A DNA stretch of 64,000 nucleotides from Escherichia phage HK6. A program made the translations under genes and the position numbers. How positions within the stretch are numbered: the first letter of the stretch is position 1; each line of letters opens with the position of its first letter. Shown here in pieces: positions 16,232 to 24,564 of the stretch. The notes beneath the pieces were generated by a model. It ran no database searches. It was not told where the DNA came from and saw only the letters and a list, made by a program, of their open reading frames with translations. Location of the stretch: sequence record PP724615.1. One strand, written 5' to 3'.

Positions 16232-16418
16232 GGAATTTTGGAAAATAAAAGGGAAGATTTCTAAGTGGAATACTACAGGGAAAATTAGTAAGTCTCTAGA
16301 GATAGAGATAGCTAGAATGTTTACTGATCCTAATTTTGATATAGAAAAACTAAGCAAAGTAGATGCTAAAAAAGTAGATAAGTATATAGAAGAGATTAGA
16401 AGTATTTTAAGTGTCTAA
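16221..16418 (+). CDS. hypothetical protein (65 aa)
   Basis: ORF followed by the terminator at 16426-16450. Confidence 0.35.
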   Translation: MMNKEFWKIKGKISKWNTTGKISKSLEIEIARMFTDPNFDIEKLSKVDAKKVDKYIEEIRSILSV

Positions 16419-16425
16419 TCCACGT

Positions 16426-16450
16426 AACCGAGTCATTTTGGCTCGGTTTT
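16426..16450 (+). terminator. rho-independent terminator
   Basis: AACCGAG-loop-CTCGGTT hairpin followed by TTTT. Confidence 0.55.
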
Positions 16451-16494
16451 ATCCGTACTCAAGACCAATGATAGCACCATCCGGAAAATTTTAC

Positions 16495-16523
16495 TTGCAG
16501 GATGCCCAAAATCTTGATATAAT
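16495..16523 (+). promoter_or_regulatory. early promoter TTGCAG-N17-TATAAT
   Basis: Followed by a leader-box variant 'ATTTATATTGAATTGAGAGA'. Starts the long leader of the helicase gene. Confidence 0.5.
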
Positions 16524-17021
16524 ATTTATATTGAATTGAGAGACATTAGTAAAAATTGATTTTGCTAATTTTTCTTGTTTACAATCCGCGATACGGAACA
16601 GTTAGGCTGCCCCATTAAGGGTTGTTTTAACTGTTACGTGTTAGTTTTTAAACAAATAGTTAATAGAATACTTAGCGATCTACATCCCGTAGGAACCCTG
16701 GTAAGGCCTCGAAGCAACCTAGTGTGAGGTGGTTGTGAAGTGAGACGGGAAGAGTGAAAAACTCTGAGAAGTGATGACGTAAGGTATACTGCATCTAGTA
16801 TGAGCTAGTACATGAAGCATTAGGTGAGCAAATCTGGCTTAGCGGCCATCCTCAAGGATTTGTGCGGTATAGTGAAGCGGCAGTGTAGCGTGAAAGGGGA
16901 AGTTGCCACCCCCCTTCAGTATTTGCGATTAATTGTTGAGAAATTGACAGTAACAGTTGTTCTATTCTTTCTGAATAGTCCTAAAGAAAACTTATTTCAT
17001 TTCCAACACAGGAGTATTGTT

Positions 17022-19811
17022 GTGTTCTCAATCCTACAAGGTCATGCAGGATTTCATCGCGACTTAGCCACAGGCATTTGGCGAGAAGTTAAAGCAGAAG
17101 ACTATCTTTTTGCTAAAAGATTTTCCTCAAAGCATCCTGAAGGTAAACCAGCTTCAATGCCCTTCAAGTTTGATGTAATTGATGAAGTTGATCCTCAAAC
17201 CCTAGTAGAAATGCTCCCTCTTATGAGACGTTTAACGTCTGACCCTCATATCGTTGCGGTACGAGGTCGATGTCTTGCACCCAAAAATAACGTGCGGCGT
17301 AAGAAGGGCAACTTTAATGTATCTAACCCAAGTCATATAATTGCATTGGACGTGGATGGTATTGTAGATACAGGTGGTTGTAACAAGTTTGATCTTGTTG
17401 GCATGGCTCGACATATTATTAGGATGTTAAATAGTATTAGTGAGGATATGTTTCCTCTTGATGCAGGGTTTATTGCTCATGCATCGTCTTCGGCTGGGCT
17501 AAAACCAGGTATCCGAATGCACTTAATACTAGAATCTAATGTTAAAGTAACTCAGGGTCAAATCAAATTCTTATTTACATCTATCAACGAAAGTAGTAGA
17601 CAAAAGTATGGCTTTGATATTGCCGACTTAGCTTATTACTCTTCCGTACAGCTCCATTATTTTGCAGATCCGTTATTTACCGATGGTATAGTAGATCCGT
17701 TTAAAGCGGAGGGTGCCTCACGTCTGGTATTTGTTAAGGGTTCTAAAGTAAATTTACCTAATAATCTGGTTGACTATGAAACAACTAGAGGTGAGTTTAA
17801 AGAGGAGTTCTACTCTTTACTCGACCAAATTAAGGGTAAAAAAGCTGCCTCTGATAAAGTAGAGGAAACTATCAGCGAACTAGAAGAAGCTGAGGATGGA
17901 GTGTACCTACGTATTATACCTAAACTCTATCATAGAGCTTTGGAGGATGGTGTTGATTTTGCATGGCTAGAAAAAGAAATCCGTCCAGCCTTATCAGAAT
18001 ATATTGCAACTAAAGATAATAGTCGCAATATTCAAGATTACTTTAATAACGGTCGTAAGCAGGCTCTAAAAGCATTTGTTAATAATTCTAAACGTGATAT
18101 ACCTGATGTTTTAAAAGGTATTCCACTTAAAAAGCTAGAAACTAACTCTCTAGAAACTGATAACTTCTTGAAATTAAATACTGTACCACCAGAAGGTTAT
18201 ATGACTTTTGTAAAAGCAAGTCTAGGTACAGGTAAAACTACGGCGGTTGTGCGTTGGTTAGATTCAGGAGTTATTAAAGGTAATTTCTTAGCAATTACCA
18301 ATACTCGAGCACTGGTATCTTCAAATGCTAAGAAATTTAGTGCAGGACAATATGATAAGTCTGTAGATATGCTTAATTTTAAGCGTGGCGCTATTGACCG
18401 TATGTCCACAACTATACATTCTTTGCATAAGTTCAAGAGTTTTATTGGTCAAATTGATGCAATCTTTATCGATGAATGTGATGCTGTAATGAATGACCTA
18501 TTATTCGCCCCGGTTGTTAAACAACGTCGTGAATGTATTCAGGTTCTTCGGGATATTCTTGCAACTGCAAAAATCATTATATTATCTGATGGGGATATTA
18601 GTGCAGAAACAATTGAAGCATACGGTTCTTTGATTGAGTTTGATAAACCAGTAGCATTTTATAATCATCACCGTAAGATGCTGTCAAAAGCTCATGCTTA
18701 TGAGTTCCCTGACGAATCCAGTATTTGGGTTGCACTTCAGACTTCTCTAGAGATGGGTGAGAAATCTATCCTAGTATCTGACTGTGGTCCAGATGAACTG
18801 AATGAGAAGGGCATGGCGTTGCGTCGTAATACGGGTGCGTTAGTTAAGGAAATCCACTCAAACTCTACGTCTGATGTAGATATTCGACGTATTCTGGATT
18901 ACACAACTAATGAGTTAATTGACCAACAAATTGATTGCTTATTATGTAGCCCATCCGTAACGAGCGGTGTTGACTTTAACTATTTTGATAACGTATTCGT
19001 TATTACTAGGACCAGTAACCAAGCGCCAAACATGCGTTTTCAAGCAATCAGGCGCGACCGTGGCGCTCAGAACATTTATTATTTTATTGATAAATCTACG
19101 AGTGGATTCTCCGCAGGTTCTGAGCAATATAACATTGACGAGGGTTGGCTGGAGTTAGCACAGCAATTATACGCACGTCGCAGAGAGCTGGAATCTAGGA
19201 ACTATACTAGTACTTTACGTTACTATTTGCTTGATCAGGGTGCAACTATTGATATTTTCAGTGAAAGCTGGGGAACTATCGAAGGTGCGGGGAAAGAATA
19301 TACAGAAGAGCGAATCAAAGCCATTTTGTATTCAACCCCTGATTATTGTGCTCCACGCCATGCAGATGCGTATGAAGCTAAACTACTTCTTGTACGCTAT
19401 TATCATCTTGAGTCTATTAAAGATGTAACAGTTGAGCATGTTGAACAATATATCAAGGATAAACCGAATGATCGAGCTGCATTCTTCCATAAGATGCACG
19501 AGATGTTCTGGGAAGATATTAAGAAGTGTTCAAATGTCACTATCAAACCATTCATAGAAGCTCTGAAAGGTAAGAAGAAAGATTTCTTCCTTAAAACAGG
19601 TCAGAGTGCTAACCCAAAATATGCAAGAATGTATCTTGGTATGATGGGTATTGGTAAGGATATGAACACGGAGAATATTGTAGACTGGTACAGAACCTAT
19701 TGTAAAATCGAGTGTATGCCAATCCCATATAAGTTTATGACTGATGAGGAGAAACATATGCATGATGAAGCAATGGCAGAGCTAGGTGCTAGAAATGACA
19801 GTGAAGAATAA
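17022..19811 (+). CDS. SF2 helicase, replication-origin-binding-protein type
   Basis: Walker A 'LGTGKTTAV' and DExD 'IFIDECDAV'. Start placed at an in-frame GTG 7 nt downstream of AGGAG. The track start at 16824 (GTG) has no RBS. ~929 aa. Confidence 0.6.
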   Translation: MFSILQGHAGFHRDLATGIWREVKAEDYLFAKRFSSKHPEGKPASMPFKFDVIDEVDPQTLVEMLPLMRRLTSDPHIVAVRGRCLAPKNNVRRKKGNFNVSNPSHIIALDVDGIVDTGGCNKFDLVGMARHIIRMLNSISEDMFPLDAGFIAHASSSAGLKPGIRMHLILESNVKVTQGQIKFLFTSINESSRQKYGFDIADLAYYSSVQLHYFADPLFTDGIVDPFKAEGASRLVFVKGSKVNLPNNLVDYETTRGEFKEEFYSLLDQIKGKKAASDKVEETISELEEAEDGVYLRIIPKLYHRALEDGVDFAWLEKEIRPALSEYIATKDNSRNIQDYFNNGRKQALKAFVNNSKRDIPDVLKGIPLKKLETNSLETDNFLKLNTVPPEGYMTFVKASLGTGKTTAVVRWLDSGVIKGNFLAITNTRALVSSNAKKFSAGQYDKSVDMLNFKRGAIDRMSTTIHSLHKFKSFIGQIDAIFIDECDAVMNDLLFAPVVKQRRECIQVLRDILATAKIIILSDGDISAETIEAYGSLIEFDKPVAFYNHHRKMLSKAHAYEFPDESSIWVALQTSLEMGEKSILVSDCGPDELNEKGMALRRNTGALVKEIHSNSTSDVDIRRILDYTTNELIDQQIDCLLCSPSVTSGVDFNYFDNVFVITRTSNQAPNMRFQAIRRDRGAQNIYYFIDKSTSGFSAGSEQYNIDEGWLELAQQLYARRRELESRNYTSTLRYYLLDQGATIDIFSESWGTIEGAGKEYTEERIKAILYSTPDYCAPRHADAYEAKLLLVRYYHLESIKDVTVEHVEQYIKDKPNDRAAFFHKMHEMFWEDIKKCSNVTIKPFIEALKGKKKDFFLKTGQSANPKYARMYLGMMGIGKDMNTENIVDWYRTYCKIECMPIPYKFMTDEEKHMHDEAMAELGARNDSEE

Positions 19812-20028
19812 AAAATGGGAAACAAGGAAGTTCCCAGTAAAAGAACGTAAAGTTCCTGTTTACGACACTTCGGAAAAGCTATGTAGGGTAGTACCGCATA
19901 GATTAGCTGGCATCCCTAACATATCCGAGTGGTTACTTAAACAACGGAAAACAAACGTGTCTCTTCGTATCGGCTTTGAGTTAGATAAAGTCTACGCTGA
20001 ACTTGCTTCTTTGCTCAAGGAATCGTAA
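19786..20028 (+). CDS. hypothetical protein (80 aa)
   Basis: ORF overlapping the helicase 3' end. Confidence 0.35.
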   Translation: MLEMTVKNKKWETRKFPVKERKVPVYDTSEKLCRVVPHRLAGIPNISEWLLKQRKTNVSLRIGFELDKVYAELASLLKES

Positions 20029-20036
20029 AAATTTAT

Positions 20037-20065
20037 TTGCTTTCAGGAAAATTTTTCTGTATAAT
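20037..20065 (+). promoter_or_regulatory. T5-type early promoter TTGCTT-N17-TATAAT
   Basis: Followed by 'CATAAATTTGAGAGAGGAG' and the ATG at 20097. Confidence 0.65.
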
Positions 20066-20096
20066 AGATTCATAAATTTGAGAGAGGAGTTTAAAT

Positions 20097-20801
20097 ATGG
20101 CTGGTTCTCGCAGAAAGAAACATATCCATGAAATCCCGGATGAAGTCTTTAAAAAGGTTATAGAGCATCTGGAGAACGGTGGTACTAAGAAAGCAGCATG
20201 TGAAATGCTCGGCGTATCATCCAATCCAACTATGGAAAGGATGATTGAAGAATGGCAAGACCGCCAGATTCAAGTTGCCGAAATGAAGAAAAAGAAACGT
20301 GGTACACTCATTGAAGGCATTGAGTTAGCTAACGTTATTGAGCAGTATTTATCTGGTGATTCTTTTGAAGAAATTGCCGATCGTAATTATCGCTCTGTAG
20401 CAATGGTCAAATCAGTTTTGGAACGCTATGGTGCTTTACTTCGTTTGAACGATATTGTAGACCCATTGAATCCTCCAATTATTCCTGATGATGCTGTAGC
20501 AGAAGAATTTGCAGTTGGTGAGCTTGTTTGGGTTCCTGGATACCAGTGTATAGGCGAAATCAAAAAGGCAATGGATAATCCTGTAGGTTGCTACCGTGTA
20601 TGGCTTCTATCGGAAGGCAAACAACAGAACGTCCATTATATGAATTACGAGCTGGCCTCTGTTAAACATCTGGAAAAATTAGGGGTTGACGTAAAATCTC
20701 TAGGGTACAAGTGGACTCGTGAAGAAGTAATTTCATTAATTAATGAAGCTGTTAAGGCTGCCTTGAAACTTGATAAAGAAAAAGGAAAACGCCGTGAGTA
20801 G
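20097..20801 (+). CDS. DNA-binding protein with N-terminal HTH (234 aa)
   Basis: 'GTKKAACEMLGVSSNPTMERMIEEW' is a helix-turn-helix. In the T5 genome the D5-like transcription/replication factor sits in a similar position, but that is inference only. Confidence 0.5.
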   Translation: MAGSRRKKHIHEIPDEVFKKVIEHLENGGTKKAACEMLGVSSNPTMERMIEEWQDRQIQVAEMKKKKRGTLIEGIELANVIEQYLSGDSFEEIADRNYRSVAMVKSVLERYGALLRLNDIVDPLNPPIIPDDAVAEEFAVGELVWVPGYQCIGEIKKAMDNPVGCYRVWLLSEGKQQNVHYMNYELASVKHLEKLGVDVKSLGYKWTREEVISLINEAVKAALKLDKEKGKRRE

Positions 20802-21045
20802 GCTAACTGATTTGCTTAAAGATGGGGAAGTAAAAACTCTCTATCGTAGAAGCTGGGATAATGATAATAATGGCTTAGTATTACTAACTCTAGATGCTGA
20901 CTCAGATGTAGTTACCCAACATACCTGGGTAGCTGGTAATTATCCCTATAGTGAGGTTGTTACGTTAACAGTATGCGAAGCTATTGCCGACGATTGGGAG
21001 GTTGCCAGCATCGATGATATGCTCGCTGTTGGCCTGGTGGAGTAA
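20794..21045 (+). CDS. hypothetical protein (~83 aa)
   Basis: GTG start 5 nt after AAAGGAAAA. The track start at 20770 overlaps the upstream gene. Confidence 0.35.
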   Translation: MSRLTDLLKDGEVKTLYRRSWDNDNNGLVLLTLDADSDVVTQHTWVAGNYPYSEVVTLTVCEAIADDWEVASIDDMLAVGLVE

Positions 21046-21148
21046 CTACAGAAAAATTTCAGTTGCTTAATCCTATAATTCTTGATATAATATTCTCATA
21101 GTTTGAAAGAACTATTCTGTTTAATTCTTAATTAAGGAAATATAAAAT

Positions 21149-21559
21149 ATGACTACTCCAACTCAGTGGACTGATGAACTGTTCGAAAAAATGTCTTCCG
21201 AATACGTTGCTCGCATGGAGCAATTTCCAGAGGATGAACGTCCGGGTGTTAGCATGGAAATTGTTAGCGAAATTGCCCAGGAAAATGGTGTAACTCCGAA
21301 TGGTTTTCGTATGAAGCTAACTAAAGCAGGTGTGTATATCAAGAAAGCTGCTGGCTCCGCTTCTAAATCTAGCGCATCTACTGGAGAAAAAGCTTCTGGT
21401 GGTTCTCGTACTTCTAAAGCCCAAGCTCATGCCGACCTTCGTTCAGCATTCTCTGATGCTGGCCTAGCACCAGATTTTCTGGATGATGCAATTATCGACA
21501 AACTGACCGGTAAAGCGGCTGCTCATCTGGCAGAAGCAATCCGAGCTATCACTAAGTAA
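21149..21559 (+). CDS. hypothetical protein with Ser/Ala-rich linker (136 aa)
   Basis: AAGGAAATATAAAAT-ATG RBS. Low-complexity 'GSASKSSASTGEKASGGSRTSKA' segment. Confidence 0.5.
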   Translation: MTTPTQWTDELFEKMSSEYVARMEQFPEDERPGVSMEIVSEIAQENGVTPNGFRMKLTKAGVYIKKAAGSASKSSASTGEKASGGSRTSKAQAHADLRSAFSDAGLAPDFLDDAIIDKLTGKAAAHLAEAIRAITK

Positions 21560-21595
21560 TTTTTAGATAAATCCACCAACAAAAGGAACACAGTT

Positions 21596-21892
21596 ATGAC
21601 CAAAGCTGAAATTATCGCACAATGTGAAAAATTTGGTGAGTTTTATCTTCATTACGAAAAACTTCGTCAGAAAGGAACCACGTACCTTCAGGGTACGATG
21701 GAATTTGATCCAGCTCAAGATAAATATCTGGCTGAGCGTATTAAACGTGAACGTATTCGTAAAGCGAAAGATGATGAGATCCTTGTCTTCTCTCGTACTA
21801 ATGATAGCTTCCGTTTTATTCCTGTCGAGAAAGTCCGTCGTGTGACTAGCCTCCAATCAGAGTTAGATCGTGCTTCTCCAGTAGGCCGATAA
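21596..21892 (+). CDS. hypothetical protein (98 aa)
   Basis: AAAAGGAACACAGTT-ATG RBS. Followed by a terminator. Confidence 0.5.
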   Translation: MTKAEIIAQCEKFGEFYLHYEKLRQKGTTYLQGTMEFDPAQDKYLAERIKRERIRKAKDDEILVFSRTNDSFRFIPVEKVRRVTSLQSELDRASPVGR

Positions 21893-21902
21893 GAAACCAA
21901 TT

Positions 21903-21924
21903 AGCCCCTATATGGGGCTTTTTG
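21903..21924 (+). terminator. rho-independent terminator
   Basis: AGCCCC-TATA-GGGGCT hairpin followed by TTTTT. Confidence 0.65.
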
Positions 21925-21942
21925 TGTATTTGGGATATGTAA

Positions 21943-22251
21943 ATGAGCGAACAGGTAAATCAAAACTATGAAGGACACGTTGATGACCAGTCCATCATAC
22001 TCTGGGAGAAGGAGGGAGAACAAGTAAGATTAACAGTATCTGAATTTCGTGGGAATCTATACATGGGTATTCGTTACTGGCTTCTTGATATTAATGATGA
22101 ATGGTTTCCAACGAAATCTGGCTTCTCTTTTCCTTACACCCTAGAAACAACATCACAGCTTTTCTATGCGTTTACACAGATTCTTAGCGAATCTGAGGTT
22201 TTACATGAGGTACAGAAACGAGCTGAAGAACTCAAAGCCAAGAATGCCTAG
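21943..22251 (+). CDS. PC4/Sub1-like ssDNA-binding protein, putative
   Basis: 'LTVSEFRGNLYMGIRYW....W.PTKSGFSFP' fits the PC4 C-terminal domain pattern (sEFkG...iDIRe.....PgkkGisL). 102 aa. Confidence 0.45.
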   Translation: MSEQVNQNYEGHVDDQSIILWEKEGEQVRLTVSEFRGNLYMGIRYWLLDINDEWFPTKSGFSFPYTLETTSQLFYAFTQILSESEVLHEVQKRAEELKAKNA

Positions 22252-22278
22252 TTCTTGGCTTTTTCTTTATAAATGTAT

Positions 22279-22307
22279 TTGCTTTCAACTCAGTTTTGTT
22301 ATATAAT
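22279..22307 (+). promoter_or_regulatory. T5-type early promoter TTGCTT-N17-TATAAT
   Basis: Followed by 'ATTTATATAAATTAATGAGAGGG' and a GTG start at 22338. Confidence 0.6.
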
Positions 22308-22337
22308 ATTTATATAAATTAATGAGAGGGTTGCAAA

Positions 22338-22610
22338 GTGAAAAAGATAAATATAAGTACACTTAAACCTTTCCCATATATCGGACAGCCTCTTATACTT
22401 ATGTGGGAGGAGAAGATTAATGGAGAAAAGTATACTAAAATTAGAAGTGGGTATAAGCTGATTTCACTTCATTACGAAAAAGAAGTATTAACAGCTGAAA
22501 TATACTCTCCATTATCAGATAGGCTAGTAAAAACCACGTATTTGCATCTCTGCAAAAATTTTACATGGCACGGATCCACTAGACAGCCCACGTACTATGA
22601 GGCAGAATAA
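22338..22610 (+). CDS. hypothetical protein (90 aa, GTG start)
   Basis: ORF ending with the TAA that overlaps the ligase A ATG (TAAATG). Confidence 0.4.
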   Translation: MKKINISTLKPFPYIGQPLILMWEEKINGEKYTKIRSGYKLISLHYEKEVLTAEIYSPLSDRLVKTTYLHLCKNFTWHGSTRQPTYYEAE

Positions 22611-23582
22611 ATGACTAATGTAAAAGACTTTATTAAACGTTGCCAAGAAGCGTATTACCAGGGAATGTCTTTAATCTCTGACGAAGAATATGATCGTCTG
22701 ATTAAAAGATTTCCGTTAGAAGAAGAGATCGGGCCTAAGGGCGATATTCCACATCTGTATCGTATGTATTCTTTACAGAAAGTTTATTATAATCGTGGAG
22801 ATAAACCTCCATTTAACCCATTAGGTCAGGTAGAAACTGATAAGTTAGATGGTTGTGCGATTTCTCTGTTATATATTAATGGAGAATTTGTTCAAGCACT
22901 AACTCGTGGTAATGGTATTCTAGGGAATGATGTCACAAGCAACGTAAGATTGCTGAACATCCCTAAAAAGATTTCCCAAAAAGTACCTACTCAAATCACT
23001 GGTGAAGTTCTAATTACAAAAGAAGTAGAAAATAAACGTAACTTTGCCTCTGGTGCTATTAACCTCAAAGATAGTGATGATTTCGTACAACGTATCGGAG
23101 AAGGTGGTTTAATCTTCGTTGCATACGGTATCCAGTGTTCTGCTGAATCTGTAGGTATTACAGAAGCATATTTAAAAGATATGCTTTGGCTAGAGAATGA
23201 GGACTTCTTAACAGTTGTTAATGTGCGTTCCTTCTTTAAATGGATTCCGACGGACGGTAAAGTTGTTCGTATTAATGATAACAACAAATTCTTTCGTGAA
23301 GGCTGGACTAATAAATTTCCTCGTGGCGCATTCGCTATTAAAGAAGATGAAGAAGGCGAAATTACAACTCTTACTAAAGTTGAATGGCAGGTAGGGGCTT
23401 CTGGTAAAGTAACTCCAGTTGGTTATTTCGAACCGGTAATTATTGATGATGCTACAATTGTTAAGGCGACTCTTAATAACGTTGATTATATTAACTCTCT
23501 TGATCTAGAGATCGGTTGCCAGATTCGAGTAATTCGTGCTGGTGGTGTGATCCCGTGCATAGTAGAGCGAGTATACGATTAA
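22611..23582 (+). CDS. NAD-dependent DNA ligase, subunit A (adenylation domain)
   Basis: Adenylation motif 'ETDKLDGCAISLLY' (KxDG) and a LigA Ia/NTase-like N-terminal half. 323 aa, no OB/Zn/BRCT domains. Confidence 0.75.
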   Translation: MTNVKDFIKRCQEAYYQGMSLISDEEYDRLIKRFPLEEEIGPKGDIPHLYRMYSLQKVYYNRGDKPPFNPLGQVETDKLDGCAISLLYINGEFVQALTRGNGILGNDVTSNVRLLNIPKKISQKVPTQITGEVLITKEVENKRNFASGAINLKDSDDFVQRIGEGGLIFVAYGIQCSAESVGITEAYLKDMLWLENEDFLTVVNVRSFFKWIPTDGKVVRINDNNKFFREGWTNKFPRGAFAIKEDEEGEITTLTKVEWQVGASGKVTPVGYFEPVIIDDATIVKATLNNVDYINSLDLEIGCQIRVIRAGGVIPCIVERVYD

Positions 23583-23632
23583 TACATAACCCTTTGCTAC
23601 CCATCTACCATATCGGAATTATAAAGTGGTTA

Positions 23633-23661
23633 TTGACATTTTCGCCGCTTAGGTATATACT
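23633..23661 (+). promoter_or_regulatory. sigma70 promoter TTGACA-N17-TATACT
   Basis: Sits in the ligA-ligB spacer and is followed by an 11-codon mini-ORF. Confidence 0.5.
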
Positions 23662-23725
23662 ATTATCATTCAGTTGAGGGATAGAAAGTTATGGCGAGGG
23701 TAAGCAAAGTTAGTTAAAATTGTAG

Positions 23726-23754
23726 TTGCTAAATGCTTAAATACTTGCTATAAT
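23726..23754 (+). promoter_or_regulatory. T5-type early promoter TTGCTA-N17-TATAAT
   Basis: Followed by 'ATTTATATAAATTGATAAGGAAG' and the ATG at 23782. Confidence 0.6.
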
Positions 23755-23781
23755 ATTTATATAAATTGATAAGGAAGAAAT

Positions 23782-24564
23782 TTGATGAAAATCGAAATTC
23801 CAACACAATGTCCCTCTTGTGGTTCTAAGCTAGATCTTGTCAACGGACAATTATTCTGTAGGAATAAGTCCAACTGTCCAGCGCAATCAAGTAAGTTAAT
23901 TGAGAACTTCTGTTCAAAAATGAAGTTAAAGGGCTTTGGCCCAAAAACTATTGAGAAGCTGGAGCTGACGAAGATTTCAGAACTATTTTACCTAACCGAA
24001 GAAGATTTGGTTAGAGCCGTGGGTAGCAAGGTTGCCGCTAAGTTAATTAGCGAATTAAATACTAAAGTTCGCGGAGGCATTGACTTTGGTTCAGTTCTCG
24101 GTTCTTTAGGAATCCCTCTAATTGGAGAGGTTGCAGCAAAGAAATTATCCCAAAATTGCACTAGCTTCCACGATGTGAAGGCTGACGGCAAGGCTGGAGA
24201 AAACTATAAAGCCTGGCTAAATTCCCCACAAGGCAAGGATGTTATCGAACTACCGTGGAAATTCTCAACTGGTATTAAGGGCACTAAAGCCGACATCATC
24301 ATTACAGATGAGTTAGTTGCCCAGCCAAATGGAATCGCGGTATGTATTACCGGATCTTTGCAAGATTTTGCAAATCGAACGGATGCAACAAACTATTTAG
24401 AGAGTCTAGGATATACGGTTAAGAAATCCGTTACCAAAGACGTCAAATACCTAATCTGTGAGGATGAATCAAAACGTTCTTCCTCATCTTATAAGAAAGC
24501 CGAAACGAATGGGATAGAAATCCTGTCGATTAAAGAACTATTGGAGAAAAATAATAATGTCTAA
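23782..24564 (+). CDS. NAD-dependent DNA ligase, subunit B (Zn-finger/HhH/BRCT half)
   Basis: 'CPSCGSKL....C.N...CPAQ' Zn ribbon, HhH-like 'GFGPKTIEKL', and a C-terminal BRCT-like 'ICITGSL...YLICED'. 260 aa. Confidence 0.7.
   Translation: MMKIEIPTQCPSCGSKLDLVNGQLFCRNKSNCPAQSSKLIENFCSKMKLKGFGPKTIEKLELTKISELFYLTEEDLVRAVGSKVAAKLISELNTKVRGGIDFGSVLGSLGIPLIGEVAAKKLSQNCTSFHDVKADGKAGENYKAWLNSPQGKDVIELPWKFSTGIKGTKADIIITDELVAQPNGIAVCITGSLQDFANRTDATNYLESLGYTVKKSVTKDVKYLICEDESKRSSSSYKKAETNGIEILSIKELLEKNNNV

Noticed and set aside
16824-17021. N-terminal 66 codons of the ORF-track helicase (GTG start at 16824)
   Set aside because: No RBS is present. The region looks like a structured purine-rich leader, and a better GTG start with AGGAG lies at 17022.
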